Below are positions 36,571 to 50,157 of a DNA stretch of 64,000 nt, piece by piece. Source of the DNA: Octopus bimaculoides (Eukaryota); assembly GCF_001194135.2 (NCBI RefSeq), contig NC_068981.1, positions 190,725,555 through 190,789,554 on the forward strand. The letters run 5' to 3'. A model generated the notes under the pieces. That model had not been told where the DNA came from, searched no databases, and saw nothing but the letters and a program-made list of their open reading frames with translations. A program made the translations under genes and the position numbers. Each line of letters starts with the position of its first letter. The first letter of the stretch is position 1.

Positions 36571-37239
36571 ATGGATGGATGGATGGATGGATGGATGGAT
36601 GGATGGATGGATGTAAAAGGAATTGAGAGAATTAAAATATATTACTGAATTTTGGTTTAAAAAAGAAGTTGGGTGGATTTGTAGTGTCGTTGAGATTTGC
36701 ATTGATAAATTAAGCAGATGGAAGCTTGATCTCTCACTTCTAACATTTATTTTTACGATTGTATATTTTGGGAGTTTTAGCTGTGTTTCTTTTGTTTTAT
36801 GATTTATGTAATTACTTTAAAAAAAGAAAATCAAGAATATTTAATAGTAACATTTAACTTATTTCATTAATTAAAAAAAAATACAACCTAAAACCTCCTT
36901 TGCAATTTTTAATTGAAAATTCATTAGCGGAAAATTCAAATAAGATTTCAAACACCAATTTATATTTATAATTATTCAATTATTTCAATGGCATTCTATA
37001 TTGTAGATTTGAAATCATTTTATTAAGGTTATGATTACCAAATACTTAAGCTGTTTTTTCTTTCTTTTTGCTTTTTAACTTGAAATATGTTATAAATTTA
37101 TTTATAACTCATTAATCAAAATTTTATTTTAAACTAAAATAAGAAACTCATTTAAAGTTGATATCTTGGTCAAAGACTTTTTTTTTCTGTTCCCACTTTT
37201 GTTACTAAAATTTGAAGATATTTGTGTTTCAGTACAATT

Positions 37240-37761
37240 TAGCTGTTACCATATTTCTGTTGAAATACATTGCTTTCATTTCAATTAATTTTGAAATTAA
37301 TGACCAATTCAATAAAATAACATTACCTTAACTTCTCATAGCATGGCAATACTACACCCTGTCTGTTGAGGGTCTTGTCTTGGTAGCCTCACTATTGCCA
37401 GTGCCACATAAAAAAAGTTCTACGAAGTGGGAGGTATAAGGAAAGGTATGCAGCCATAGAAACCATACTGAAGCAGACATTGGTGCTTGGTGCAATTCTC
37501 TGGCTTGCCAGCTCTTCTCAAACCATCAAAGCCTGACAATACAGAAAACAGACATTAGTGGTGGTGGTGGTGGTGGTGGTGGTGGTGGTGGAGGTGGTAG
37601 TGGTGGCGGCAGCAGCAATGAATTCTTTTCATTGTTAAGCTGGGTTTTAAAACAAAAATTAACATGTAATTTTGATAGAAAATTATTTAATTCACTAAAA
37701 CAGGAAGTTTGTATTATAGAACCAGGCATTGTCTCAGATAGGTTACTAACAAAAGGGTTAA
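37240..37761. mobile_element. piggyBac-type MITE, type 2, split by a family A insertion
   Basis: Ends AAAAGGGTTAA; body homologous to 15290-15510 and 52235-52436. Confidence 0.65.
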
Positions 37762-38298
37762 GTACAGTTAAATCCATAATTTTCATATGTTTATTGACAC
37801 GGTCTCTTATATAAATGTTACATTACATTCATGCTCACAGGCATAGCTGTGTGGTTAAAAAGTTTGCTATGGAACTATGTTTTCTTCAGTTCAATCCCAC
37901 TACATGATATCTTGGGCAACTGTCTCTGACCGTTTCCCTAGGCTTTGTAAGTCAATTTGATAGGCAGAAACTTTAGTAAACATATGTGTCTGCATGTGTG
38001 TATGAATGTTGATATTTTGCTTGTCATTGTTTGAGTGATGTAGTACCGACCATGCCATTCCTTGTTGACATTATGACTGATCACTGTGTGCTTTCACAGA
38101 CCTGTGGCTTATAAAAATCCCCTGACTGAAAGCCAGTTGATAGATGATGAGAAGTGCATCTGGCTGTAAAATCCTGTCTCTTAATTGAATTTAATCTTAG
38201 CCATACTAACATGGCTAAAAACAGGCGTAAAACTGTCATTAAATGAATGGACAAATGTATTCTCATACACTCTCTTTCTTGTCTTTATTTTTTTATTC

Positions 38299-38505
38299 TT
38301 AACCCTTTAACATTCAGATTACTCTGTCAAATGCAAAGCTTATTTATTCACATTGTCTTGAATTAATCATACATTACCTTACGGCTACAAGATTTCAACA
38401 CTGTGAGTGTTTATCTTTAGAATGACAATGTAGAGAAGGTGTGAGAGGCCAGATCAGGTAAAATATTTCAGTTGGATATGGCTGGTCTAAATGCTAAAGG
38501 GCTGA
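38299..38505. mobile_element. piggyBac-type MITE, type 1
   Basis: TTAACCCTTTAACATT...AATGCTAAAGGG terminal inverted repeats. Confidence 0.7.
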
Positions 38506-38644
38506 ACATACACATGCACACACACACACACACACACGAGCATATGCATGCTGAAAATTGTCATTGATTTTCTATCAATTAACAAATGAACAAAGATATT
38601 CTCACATTCTAACTTACTTACATTTACTTTTATACACATATGCA

Positions 38645-40350
38645 CAAGGTGCATTCCAGAAGTTTTCAGACTTCAGGAGAGACATTAATTTCTAAGTACA
38701 AAACTCTGCTCTCCAACAAAGTGCGATCTTCTGACTTCAATCTACTTTTAGTGCTCCAGTCACATCATGAAGGCCTCATGGAGATCCTCCAAAGTGGTGG
38801 TGCCCAAGACCCTTGTCACAGCTTCCTTCATCTTCACAGTGTCTTCAAAACGACTACTCCTGTGGATCTCCTTCAGGTTGGGAAGCTACCAAAAGTCACA
38901 GGGGCCAAGGACCGGAATGTAGAGAGGGTGAGAAACAGTTTTGATGCCCATCTCCACCAAGTACTTGGTTACCAAGATGGCACTGTGGACTGGTGCATTG
39001 CCCCAGTGCAGGTGCCACTGACTCAAGTGGAAGAGCTCTGGCCTTTTGTGAGTCAGTCTCTTTCCAAATTCCCTCAAAAACACGACAAAGTACTCTTTGT
39101 TGACCATCTGGCTAGAGAGAACCCAGTCGATGTAGATGATGCCATCGCAGTCAGAAAAGGGGACCATTATGAGCTTCCCAGTGGACTTACTTTGGCTGGC
39201 CTTCTTGGACTTGAGGAAACTATTTGTGTCTATTGGACATTCTATCTCTTGGTCACTGGATTTTAATAGTAGATGAGTTGAGCAAATCAAAATCAAATGG
39301 AAATTGTAGTTGTAGCCATTACCAGTGCTGGTGGCATGCAATAAGCACTATTCATGCGTGGGTCACTACCAGAGCCGCCTGACTGGCTCCCTGTGTCAGT
39401 GGCACACAAAAAGCACCATCCGAATGTGGCTGATGCCAGTGCTGCCTGACTGGCACCTGTGCTGGTGGCATATAAAAAGTACCCACTACACTCTTGGAGT
39501 GGTTGGCATTAGGAAGGGCATCCAGAAACATTGCCAGACCAGATTGGAGCCTGGTCCAGCCGCTGGCTCTCCAGACCTCAGTCAAACCGTCCAACCCATG
39601 CCAGCTTGAATAATGGATGTTAAACGATGATGATGATCTAGCATTCATCACATGTCACCAGAAATGCAACTAGTTTTGCATTGGAGGCATTGAGCTCAAT
39701 CATCTCTCTGCTGTCACCAACTCATCTTTCCTTATGGTTTGTCACTAAGGTTGTCCTCATATTTGTCCTTAAATTTGTCTTTTTGTTTGTCACCCTGAGA
39801 ACAACGTTTGCACAAATTTTATACATGTTCAGATCTTTATGAATAATTCTGTGTACAGTTGCTATACCAACTTCAAACTGTATGCTTATTGTCTTATGGA
39901 CACATGACAGTCTACATCCAGAAAATTAACAATTTTCTTGACCAGCTCTGATATTCTGATGTCCCTCTCCCTCTCTGACCTCATCGTCCCTCACTTCCTC
40001 TCTACTGTCCATGAACCTCTTGTGTCAGTGAAAAACAGATGTTTAACCCATACAAGTTAATCCATAAGTTTCTGTAGTGTTTGTTCCCTGTTTAAGACAA
40101 AGTTTTATTACATAGCAAACTACCAAATTGCCTTCACATCCTGACTTCATTCTGCAAACTAATAAACTGTGACAAGCAGTGTTTAGTAGAGTGTGTTCAA
40201 AGTTCTGTTACAGCTGTCTTCATCTGGAATAAAAAGTTGGCAGGTCACCTTATTAAATGAACAATAATGACATACTAAAATTTTACTAACCTAGGACAAT
40301 AGAAACTGTGTTTTCCTAGAAAGAGTCTCAGACCTTCTGGAACGACCTCA
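38645..40350 (-). mobile_element. Full-length dead mariner (DD34D type) interrupted by family A
   Basis: TIRs CAAGGTGCATTCCAGAAGTTTTCAGAC and GTCTCAGACCTTCTGGAACGACCTCA|TA; motifs LVTCDE / IYY*NPVTKR, LHWGNAPVH and SHPLYIPVLGPCDFW. Confidence 0.85.
39285..39640 (+). mobile_element. Family A retroposon nested in the mariner
   Basis: Splits the mariner VTCDE-x-IY motif. Confidence 0.85.
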
Positions 40351-40394
40351 TATGTTCACACATTCTCACTTATTCACACTTACTTTTTTATCCT

Positions 40395-40404
40395 TAAACA
40401 TACA

Positions 40405-40448
<44 letters not shown>

Positions 40449-40610
40449 TGGGCATGTACTCTGAGACACATTGACACAGACTGACACACACTAAACACAT
40501 ACTCACACACACTCTCTCTCTCACACACACACACACATACACTTATATTCACCCTCACATATTCACACTCACACATTCGTCCTTGCACTCACACATCTAC
40601 ACTCATTCAT

Positions 40611-40662
<52 letters not shown>

Positions 40663-40772
40663 ATGGACACACAAACACACAGACACACTCTGAGACTCAT
40701 TGATACAAACTGACACATACTAAACACATACTCACACACACACACACTTACTCACACATCTGCACTCACTCA

Positions 40773-40809
<37 letters not shown>

Positions 40810-40985
40810 AGACTCACACAAACACTCACATGGGCACACAGACACTCACACGGACACACACTCTTAGACACATTGACACAGACTGACATACTAAACACAT
40901 ACACACACACACACTTATACTCACTCACACACACTCATATACATTTGAACTCACACTCACACATCTGCACTCACTCACTCACTCA

Positions 40986-41041
<56 letters not shown>

Positions 41042-41075
41042 TACACATACACACACATAAACACACATGTGCTCA
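40395..41075. repeat. Complex (CA)/(CT) low-complexity array
   Basis: Direct reading; repeated CACATTGACACAGACTGACA-like blocks. Confidence 0.95.
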
Positions 41076-41449
41076 CTGAATCTTAGAAAATAGGCATTGA
41101 TTTCATAGTACCATTTCACTACACTATTCATTGCTTATCAAAACTTCTGTTAAACAGCATTATTAAATATTCCAGTCAAACTATTAAAAGAATAACTCTT
41201 TTTCCCTTTTTTTAATTTTTTTACAACTTCTTCTTCTGTCATCAATGCAGAAGATGAATGAAGCAGTAGAAACAATCTATTAAACTAATTATTAATTAAG
41301 AAACTGTAGTTACTAAATGAACACCAATGAAATTAACATCCTTCTGAGATATTGCTTCTTAACATTTCTGCATCAGTTAGTTGCAAGATAGATTAGGAAT
41401 TTTCATGTTATTGCTCTCTACTTTATTATAATTATTTATATCTTTTATT

Positions 41450-41691
41450 TTTTACTTGTTTCAATCATTAGACTGCGGCCATGCTGGGGCAACAGCTTGA
41501 AGGCTTTTTTTTAGGCAAATGAATTGACTGTCGTATTTTTTTTTTTTTTTGCTTTTTGTTAAAGCTTGGCGTTTATTCCGTTGGTCTCTTTTGCTGAACC
41601 ACTAAGTTACAGGAACATAAACACACCAACACCATTTGTTAAGCAGTGGTGGGAGATAAACAAAAACACCCACCCACCCACATACACACAT

Positions 41692-41724
<33 letters not shown>

Positions 41725-41890
41725 CATTGAGCTTCTTTCAGTTTCCATCCACCATATCCACTCACAAGGCTTTGGTCAGTCCAATGCTACAGCAGAAAAC
41801 TTTTGCCCAAGTTGCCATGCAGTGGGTTTGAACCCAAAACCAAGTGGTTGGGAAGCAAACTTCTTACCACACAACCACTCCTGCATCTAC
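41450..41890 (-). mobile_element. Family B SINE, full length
   Basis: Reverse complement of the B consensus. Confidence 0.85.
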
Positions 41891-41949
41891 ATTAGATTAT
41901 AATTCTCTGCATTTTTCTAACAAAATAAGGTGATTGGAAATGCAGTTTG

Positions 41950-42330
41950 ATTTTTGAGCACCATATTGTACTGCTGTCACACACCCACAATGGTGCTGCT
42001 GTTGTTTTGCTCTCAGGCATCTTGGACTATATCCAGAAAAAGGCCACTTAACTAATTGAAATTCACTCACTGACATGCTTCAGCCTCTGGTTCACATATG
42101 TTCTAGCTCCTCTTTCCATCTTTTCCACTCTATTGTTACTGTAATGGCATCTGTTCCTCAGATCAGGCTGGTCTCATGCACCCACCACTTGTCATTTTTG
42201 GCTCATCCAACCCTTTCAGCCTTGCTCTAACCTTTATGTCCAGTCCTTTCTCCCCAGTGCATTGACCCACCAGAATCTTCTTGCTCATGTCTTTCCTACC
42301 GCAACAGTTTAATTAAAACATTAACAGAAT
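41950..42330 (+). mobile_element. CR1/L2-group LINE 3' relic
   Basis: ILDYIQKKA..LQPL.H..SSL..F.Y..G pattern; homologous relic at 46500-46865. Confidence 0.6.
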
Positions 42331-42343
42331 CAACTTCACTGAA

Positions 42344-42565
42344 GTTGACGAGTTGGCGGAAATGCTAGAACGCCGGGCGAAATGCTGAGCTGTATTTCGT
42401 CTGTCTGAGTTCAAATTCTGCCGAGGTCGACTTTGCCTTTCATCCTTTCGGGGTCGATAAATTAAGTACCAGTTACGCACTGGGGTCGATGTAATCGACT
42501 TAATCCCTTTGTCTGTCCTTGTTTGTCCCCTCTATGTTTAGCCCCTTGTGAGTAATAAAGAAATA
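42344..42565 (+). mobile_element. Young family C SINE with perfect 18-bp TSD
   Basis: AGAATCAACTTCACTGAA at 42326-42343 and 42566-42583. Confidence 0.95.
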
Positions 42566-43304
42566 AGAATCAACTTCACTGAACTCTGAAGGCCTGCAAA
42601 GGTCATGGCCACTGCCCCTTCCAGCAGACTTAAGAAAAAAGTCTCCAAAATTTTTATGTAACCAGTCAAAGGTTTGCTACAGCATAAGAGTATTGTCTAT
42701 TTAAATCAGTGTTTCTCAAGCTTTTTAATATCCAGGCCAGATCTAAAACCTGGATATTTTCAGCAGGGCCACACCAAAAACAGTCAGTTAAAGAAAAATT
42801 TATATTTATACCAGGAAGACCATTGGCAGGGCTGCTGGAGGGATGCATGAAGACCCCATGCTGCCCTGAGATTTAGACAAATGACGCTTTATAAATTATA
42901 AAAATAAGTCTTGATCTGATCAACTGAAATGAAGCATAATTTCAGTTGTATTGATTTTTAAAAATTTGTTTGTCATAATGTTTAGACTTTGGTTAAAAAA
43001 AAAAACATCACAAACTCAAAATGGCTTCTTATTTCTTTTATAATTTTTGTTATGCTATATTTTTTTATGTTATAGTTCTTTATTATGCTATATTTATCAT
43101 GTATACAAGGTTATATTTTGTTTGTATCGATATATAATATTTTTACTGCCTCTGTCACAATTCTAGTCTTTCTTTGCTCTTTACAACATCATACACTTCT
43201 GATTAATTTATGCCAAATATTGACAAACTTTGTCTTTAATATCAGATCTAAAATGTTAAGGCTAAAATTGCTGATTGATTTCTAATGGAGAAAATAGATT
43301 ATTC

Positions 43305-43625
43305 TTTTCTAGTCTAAGAACAAGGCCCGAAATTTTTAGGGAAGTGGAAGCTAGTCGATGAGATCGACCTCAGTACACAACTGGTGCTTAAGACACTTTA
43401 TTTCACGTTGCTCCAGTCCACTCAGCTGGCAAAAATGAGTTGTACCCGTAATTCAAAGGGCCAGCCTTGTCACACCCTGTGTCACACTGAATCTCCTTGA
43501 GAACTATGTTAAAGGTACACGTGTCTGTGGAGTGCTCAGCCACTTTCACATTAATTTCATGAGCAAGTTGTTCTGTTGATCGGATCAGCTGGGACCCTCT
43601 TTGTTGTAACTGACAGAGTGCTCTT
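43305..43625. mobile_element. Junction of a partial family C SINE (-) and a 5'-truncated OR-like SINE (+)
   Basis: C tail to ~43390, then AAGACACTTTATTTCACGTTGCTCCAG core. Confidence 0.75.
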
Positions 43626-43719
43626 CTTCTACTACCACATGGTATTCCAGAGATGATGCTCTTTCACTGTTTCTTAATCCTCTATAACAATATCTGGTCT
43701 TCTTGTTTCAATAGTATTC

Positions 43720-44150
43720 TTTTACTTTCTTTTACTTGTTTCAGTCATTTGACTGGCCATGCTGGAGCACCACCTTAATCTTTTACTTAGCCATGCTGGG
43801 GCACTGCCTTGAACAATTTTTAGTCAAATGTATCAACCCCAGTACTTAATTTTTTTAAAACCTGGTACTTATTCTGTCAGTCTCTTTTGCCAAACTGCTA
43901 AGTTATGGGGACATAAACACACCACCACAGGTTTTCAAGCAGCATGTGGGAGACAAACACAGACACAAAGACACACACACACACACACACACATATATAC
44001 ATATCTGTATATGTTACCAAATCCACTCATAAGGCTTTGGCCAGCCCGAGGCTATAGTAGAAGACACTTGCCCAAGATGCCACGCAGTGGGACTGAACCC
44101 TGAACCATGTGGTTGGTAAGCAAGCTTCTTAGCATACAGCCATGCATGCA
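43720..44150 (-). mobile_element. Family B SINE with duplicated 3' end
   Basis: GCCATGCTGG..CAC..CCTT occurs twice; otherwise B consensus. Confidence 0.85.
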
Positions 44151-44228
44151 CCTATGGTCAGTTTTTATGGGGAAGTTCATTGAAAGTAAAGAGAATAAGG
44201 ATTACAGTAATCCTTATTCTCTTTACTT

Positions 44229-44432
44229 ATAAAGGCACAAGGTGTGAAATTTGTGGAGAGGGGACTAGTCGATGACATTGACCCCCAACGTTTCACTGGT
44301 ACTTAATTTATCGACCCCGAATGGATGAAATGCAGTCGACTTTGGCAGAATTTGAACTCAGAACATAGTGGCAGATGAAATCCGCTAAACATTTCTCCCA
44401 GCATGCTAACGATTCTGCCAGCTCACCGCCTT
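44229..44432 (-). mobile_element. Family C SINE
   Basis: Flanked by AATCCTTATT(C/T)TCT. Confidence 0.9.
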
Positions 44433-44568
44433 GAATCCTTATTTTCTATCATACGACTTATCTGTTATTTTAAATCCACACACAAGGCTAATGTCCCAAC
44501 ACACACAGTCATACCTGCGTTTATACTCTTTTTGTGCTAGTTTACTGTATTCACTCAACGGATTGTTG

Positions 44569-44610
<42 letters not shown>

Positions 44611-45867
44611 CTATTTACAATTAAATTAAAATTACACTTGTGTTCTCACCAGTAAAAATGTGATTCATTAATCAAAGTCTGAACAGAGATTAGTTTCTGC
44701 AGATACAATTACAATATTAGTTTTTGTTTCGTTTTTCCCTTTAACTATTGTTGAAGCTATTTTGTTATGATGGTATGAATTGGAAATTAACTTCTGTAAA
44801 AGCTAAATCGATTTTTAAAAACAAATGAAGATAAACTATTCATGTTGAGAAATATATAAGTAGTATTATGTTTTAGTGGCCAAAGTTAAAATACATAATA
44901 TATATTTGTGACTACTTTAGTTGTGTAACATTACTCTTTTAGAAATCAGTGTCTACAAATCTATTAACACTATTTGCATTTTTTTTATTTCTCTTTCATA
45001 CATATTTTTTGTTTTACTTACAAGAAAATGAAATTTTAAGATATTTTTAAAAACAAAACTTGTTTTTGTGCACACAAACGCATATGCACACACGTGTTAT
45101 TTACTTTTTAATTCACACTTTATATAAATTTATCTTCTTATAAAGACTTTCATTGTTTTACTAAGGAAAAATTAGATTTGAAAGTTTTTTGTAAAATGGA
45201 ATGATGTTTCCATTAATTATGAAGAGAAATAAAAATAAACTATGATGTGGTTACGACAACATTTAATAAGACTGGTGACAGTTTGACTATGTTGTTGTTG
45301 TTATATGACAAGAGATAGAACACTTAGAGAAGCGAAGAATGGTATAATCTACTATAAAATGGTCTCGTTTTTATCATATTCAATAGAATCATATAGCATT
45401 GTGATTCACTGCTGGCATGGGTTGGACAGTTTGACTGAGGGCTGGCAAGCCAGAAGGCTACACCAGATTGGAGCCTGGTGCAGCCTACTGGCTTTCCAGT
45501 CTTCAGTCAAATCGTCCAACCCATGCCAGCATTGAAAGCGGACGTTAGACGACGACAACAATGATGATGATATGACACAACAAGCTTAACAAGTCATACT
45601 TAAAAACGTGGTCTTCCTATTAAAATAGTTTAAGCTTGCCAACTGGCATTTGTCAAAAGGCCAAGTGCCATTATTTGTTTCAGTTCTTTATATTCTGAGT
45701 ACAAATCACACCAAGGTCACTTTTGCATTTTGTCTCTTCATGGTTGAGAAAATAAAGTACCTGTCAAATACTAGGATTAATGTAATCAACTGACTCCCTC
45801 CCCCTTGCAGTTACTGGCTTTGTGCCGAGATTTATCTTTATTATCATCATCATCATCATTTTTAAGA

Positions 45868-46173
45868 CAGTGGTTCCCAAAGTGGGCAGTTACTTTGTTA
45901 TGATGGTATGAATTGGAAATTAACTACTGTAAATGGGGTCATCCCTTTATTGCCCCATTGGGCCATAAAGGGATGACCAAAATGGGGCAATGGGTGTAAA
46001 AAAAACAAAGAAAATAAAGGGTTAATTAGGTTAGGTTTTATTTGTGAAATACTGTTGTTTTGAATTTGCTGCAGAAAATGGTCAATGTCTGAGATGGTGA
46101 GTGTGTGGTGGGTACTAGGAATGTGGCCTTAGAACCAAGTGGGTGGCAGCCTGAAAAAATCTGGGAACCACTG
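45868..46173. mobile_element. hAT-type MITE
   Basis: TIRs CAGTGGTTCCCA / TGGGAACCACTG; degraded 8-bp TSD TTTTAAGA / ATTTAACA; inserted into a family A tail. Confidence 0.75.
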
Positions 46174-46499
46174 ATTTAACATCTGTGTTCTATGCTGGTA
46201 TGGATTGGATGGCTTTTACAAAACCTAATGGGTCCAAAGATTGCTTTGTGTTTCAATATCTGCTTTGGCATGGTTTCTATGGCTGCACTAACCACTTTAT
46301 GTGTACTGGGTGATCTTTTCTTGTCATGACACCAGCACTAGTGGGGTTGCTATACAAGTTGCAAGACTATGATCTCTTTCTACAGAGTGGGGCTGCTAAA
46401 TAGAAAGAGAAGGGCAGCTTTATGCTGTGGGATGAAGACTTAGTAAAACAGTTTCAACTGGCAAGTGTAAGAACTAAATAAAGAAAAATAAAATCTACC

Positions 46500-46865
46500 T
46501 AATTATTGATAGGAATAAGAGATTAGTCAATCCATATCCAGAGAAAGGTCACTTGATTGATTGGCATAAAGTCTCTCATATGTACATTCCAGCCTCTGGT
46601 CCACAAATGTTCTGTCTTTTCCCTCTCTCAGCCTTCACTGCTGTTTCTACTATGGCCTCTGCTTCTGAGAGCTAGCTATAGCTAACCTTGTACCATCTTT
46701 ATTCCAGCATTCTTGACTCACTCATTACCTTTAGCATGTCCATTCTCCATCAGGGTTTTCAGCCTTACCTCTTCTGAACATTACCCCATGCTCACCAAAT
46801 TCCCTCTTTCTTGCATTTGTCAATTTATAACAGTTTATGTAAAACATTAAGACATTAATCTCAGC
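46500..46865 (+). mobile_element. CR1/L2-group LINE 3' relic
   Basis: Homologous to 41950-42330. Confidence 0.6.
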
Positions 46866-47624
46866 AGATTGGGAAATCTTCTACAGCCATGTGTGTTGAC
46901 CCTACTTTCATACCTAACAAAATAAAAAAAAAACGAGTTTTATCATTAAACCTACTTTTTATCAATAAATTTTACCCATCATGTAACTGTTTAACTTCTT
47001 CAGTTGATCAAATGACTTTTCTTTTTTTTCTTTTCATTATATTAATCTATATTTTATAATAAATGTGATATTCAAATTTCAACATCAAGCTACTGACTTG
47101 GTAGAAGCATGCAAGATTATCTCCCATCTTTCCAACAATAATTTTGGCCACCTTTTTGAATTCAATACCTCAGTCAATCGTGGACATCAAAAAAAAAATA
47201 ATAAATAGATAAATCAAAAATAAACAAAAAAAAAGAAAAACGTTTGGACCATTCTAAATTTTGATTAAAGAACTTTTATACCTTTTCCTTANNNNNNNNN
47301 NNNNNNNNNNNNNNNNNNNNNNNNNNNNNNNNNNNNNNNNNNNNNNNNNNNNNNNNNNNNNNNNNNNNNNNNNNNNNNNNNNNNNNNNNNNNNNNNNNNN
47401 NNNNNNNNNNNNNNNNNNNNNNNNNNNNNNNNNNNNNNNNNNNNNNNNNNNNNNNNNNNNNNNNNNNNNNNNNNNNNNNNNNNNNNNNNNNNNNNNNNNN
47501 NNNNNNNNNNNNNNNNNNNNNNNNNNNNNNNNNNNNNNNNNNNNNNNNNNNNNNNNNNNNNNNNNNNNNNNNNNNNNNNNNNNNNNNNNNNNNNNNNNNN
47601 NNNNNNNNNNNNNNNNNNNNNNNN

Positions 47625-47665
<41 letters not shown>

Positions 47666-48319
47666 CATATATATACATGCATATATATGTATGTATGTTC
47701 AATCCTATTAATATTTTGGTTTTTTTTTTGTCTATTTTTGTGTGGTTTTAATCTTAGTATTCTGCATTTTTGAGATTACTGAAATAATTCGCTTCATTTT
47801 ATGACATGGAAAAAAAAATTCCTTTTATTTTGAGATTTATAATGTACTTTAGTTATTTCTGTACATTCCAAATTTACAAACTAGAACATTCATAATTTCT
47901 GTTAGTAATTTTAATGTTTTGAATTTTTTGTCTTCAATTATTTTCTGATATTCAGTTTTTCTGCAACATTTAATCTGTTTTTAATATATATAAGAGAATT
48001 TCAAATTTACAATAATCTTATTTTAAAATTTCTCATCGTATTAAATACACCAAAGTTTTAAACTATCAAACATTGACTAAACTGAAATCTTTATTGATAG
48101 CCTTCACTGTTTAATAGAACTGTAGTGTGTTTGTGTGTGTGCACGCATGTTTGTGTTTGTATCATCCTTTTCATCATCGGTTAATGTTTGCTTTACCATG
48201 CTTGCATAAGTTAGATGAAATATGTTGAAGTAGATTTTCTACAGCTGGACGTCCTTCCTTTTGCCAAACTTCACTTCTTTTTAAGTAAACTAAAATTTTC
48301 TCATTGCCACATATTTTTC

Positions 48320-48685
48320 AGAAATGGCACCTGTGCCCAGCGTCGCCTTTCTGGCACTTGTGCCCGTGACATGTGTAAGGACCTTCGAGTGAGATCGTTG
48401 CCAGTGCCCCTGGACTGGCTCCTGTGCAGGTGGCATGTAAAATACACCATTTCGAGCGTGGCTGTTGCCAGTACCGCCTGACTGGCCTTCGTGCCGGTGG
48501 CACGTAAAAGCAACCACTACACTCTCGGAGTGGTTGGCATTAGGAAAAGCATCCAGCTGTAGAAACTCTGCCAAATCAGATTGAAGCCTGGTGTAGCCAT
48601 CTGGTTTCACCAGTCCTCAGTCAAATCGTCCAACCCATGCTAGTGTGGAAAGCGGACGTTAAACGACGACGATGATGATGACTAG
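48320..48685 (+). mobile_element. Family A retroposon, well preserved
   Basis: Nearly identical to 1-314. Confidence 0.9.
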
Positions 48686-49394
48686 AAACAAGCAACATAG
48701 CTTGTATTATGCTCTTTTACAACCATCAGTTAACCCCTTACCCAGCAAAGACAAGTTAGTAAAAGTTAGTAGTAACAATATTAGTGACGGTTTCTATACT
48801 TAGCCACAAGGAGGCAAGATGTTGAAGACAAGCTGCAAGACACAAAATGATGGGGTTTGCATTGATTCAAAGGGAAACAACAACAATTATATAACAAAAG
48901 ATATAGAAATAGAATTCAGAAAAATAAGATAAAATACAACCCCTTATAATATAGAGTCTATAGTTATGCAATCCATCTAGGGGTATTCTGGGAAAACTCC
49001 ACACAAACAATCCCAGATTACTCTACTGTCTTCAAAGCATCAGAAGTGGTCCCTTCTGTTTTCTTTTCTTCTACTTGAAGGGAAAAAATCCTTCTGAGTA
49101 GGTTCATTCAGCCTCATCAATCATGTCACTCTCATCCACCTTTCAATAAACACACTAGAGGGCAGCACTTCCCTCCCAGCCCTCACTTTCCTCTTCAAAT
49201 GATACTTGAAGATATTGATGAGAGCTTAATGATGATGATGATGGTGATAATAATAATAAGAGCACTCAGCACAAACCTCCGGCAAGGTAACACCAACCTT
49301 CTCTCAACAATTAGTCAGAGATGATTTTTAAAATGAGAATATCTGAAATAAACTTGACTGCTCTCACAAATGAGAATATTAAAAATGAACTCAA

Positions 49395-49735
49395 CCGCTC
49401 TCAAAAGTTTAGTAAAAAAATCCAGAAAATTAATCCAGAATCCTTGTCCAGTACCTGATCAATCCCAATGGAAGTCATAGAATGTGAAGGTGGGTGTGCA
49501 GGCCATGTTTGTAATGATGTGTGTGTGTCGTATGCAGTGAGAACAGGGACAGTTTTCTCTATGGCCTTTTTTAATCTATCCACTGATATAGTGTCTTTAC
49601 AACCATTAAGGTCTATAGCAAATAATCTATCCATGCATGAAAGAAAATGGAAAGGACCTGCATATGGTGCTGTTAACGAAGGTTTAACAACATCGTTGCG
49701 CACAAAAACGTGAGTCCAAGAAGTAAAGCGTCCTT
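49395..49735 (-). mobile_element. Ty3/Gypsy integrase C-terminal relic; a possible LTR remnant continues toward ~48900
   Basis: RNDVVKPSLTAPYAGPF..DLNGCKDTISVDRLK matches the Gypsy integrase GPY/F module. Confidence 0.8.
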
Positions 49736-49869
49736 CAAGGCAAAGCTAGAAATGATTCTGCCAGCTCGCTGCTTTAAAAAAATTCAATGAGATCTTGACT
49801 GAAGAGGAAGGTGTCTTCCCTCTTATCCATCTCACAACCTCTTTTGCCAGAGCCACTAAACAGAAGCAT

Positions 49870-49882
49870 TAACAACAACAAC

Positions 49883-49935
<53 letters not shown>

Positions 49936-49962
49936 TGATGATGATGATGATGATGATGATAA
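49870..49962. repeat. Compound (AAC)(AAT)(GAT) microsatellite
   Basis: Direct reading. Confidence 0.97.
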
Positions 49963-50157
49963 TAATTCTTTATTAACCACAAGGGTTTACATTAAGAAAA
50001 ACATTATGGACAGTACAGGACAAAACAAAGAATATGTGTGTGAGTGTGTGTGTTGTTGTGAGGGTTTTAATGATAATATTGTATCCTTTTCAGAATTGTA
50101 ATGTTTTCAGTTTTGAGTTTGTTCTTTTATTTATTATTCAAGTCAGTTTTCTGATAG

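Noticed and set aside
38640-39266. 208-aa + strand ORF
   Set aside because: It is the antisense shadow of the minus-strand mariner transposase relic.
47080-47190. Open frame ATDLVEACKIISHL..VNRGHQK
   Set aside because: It matches the CR1-type LINE C-terminal pattern (DL..YKI..TRGH) and is not a host exon.
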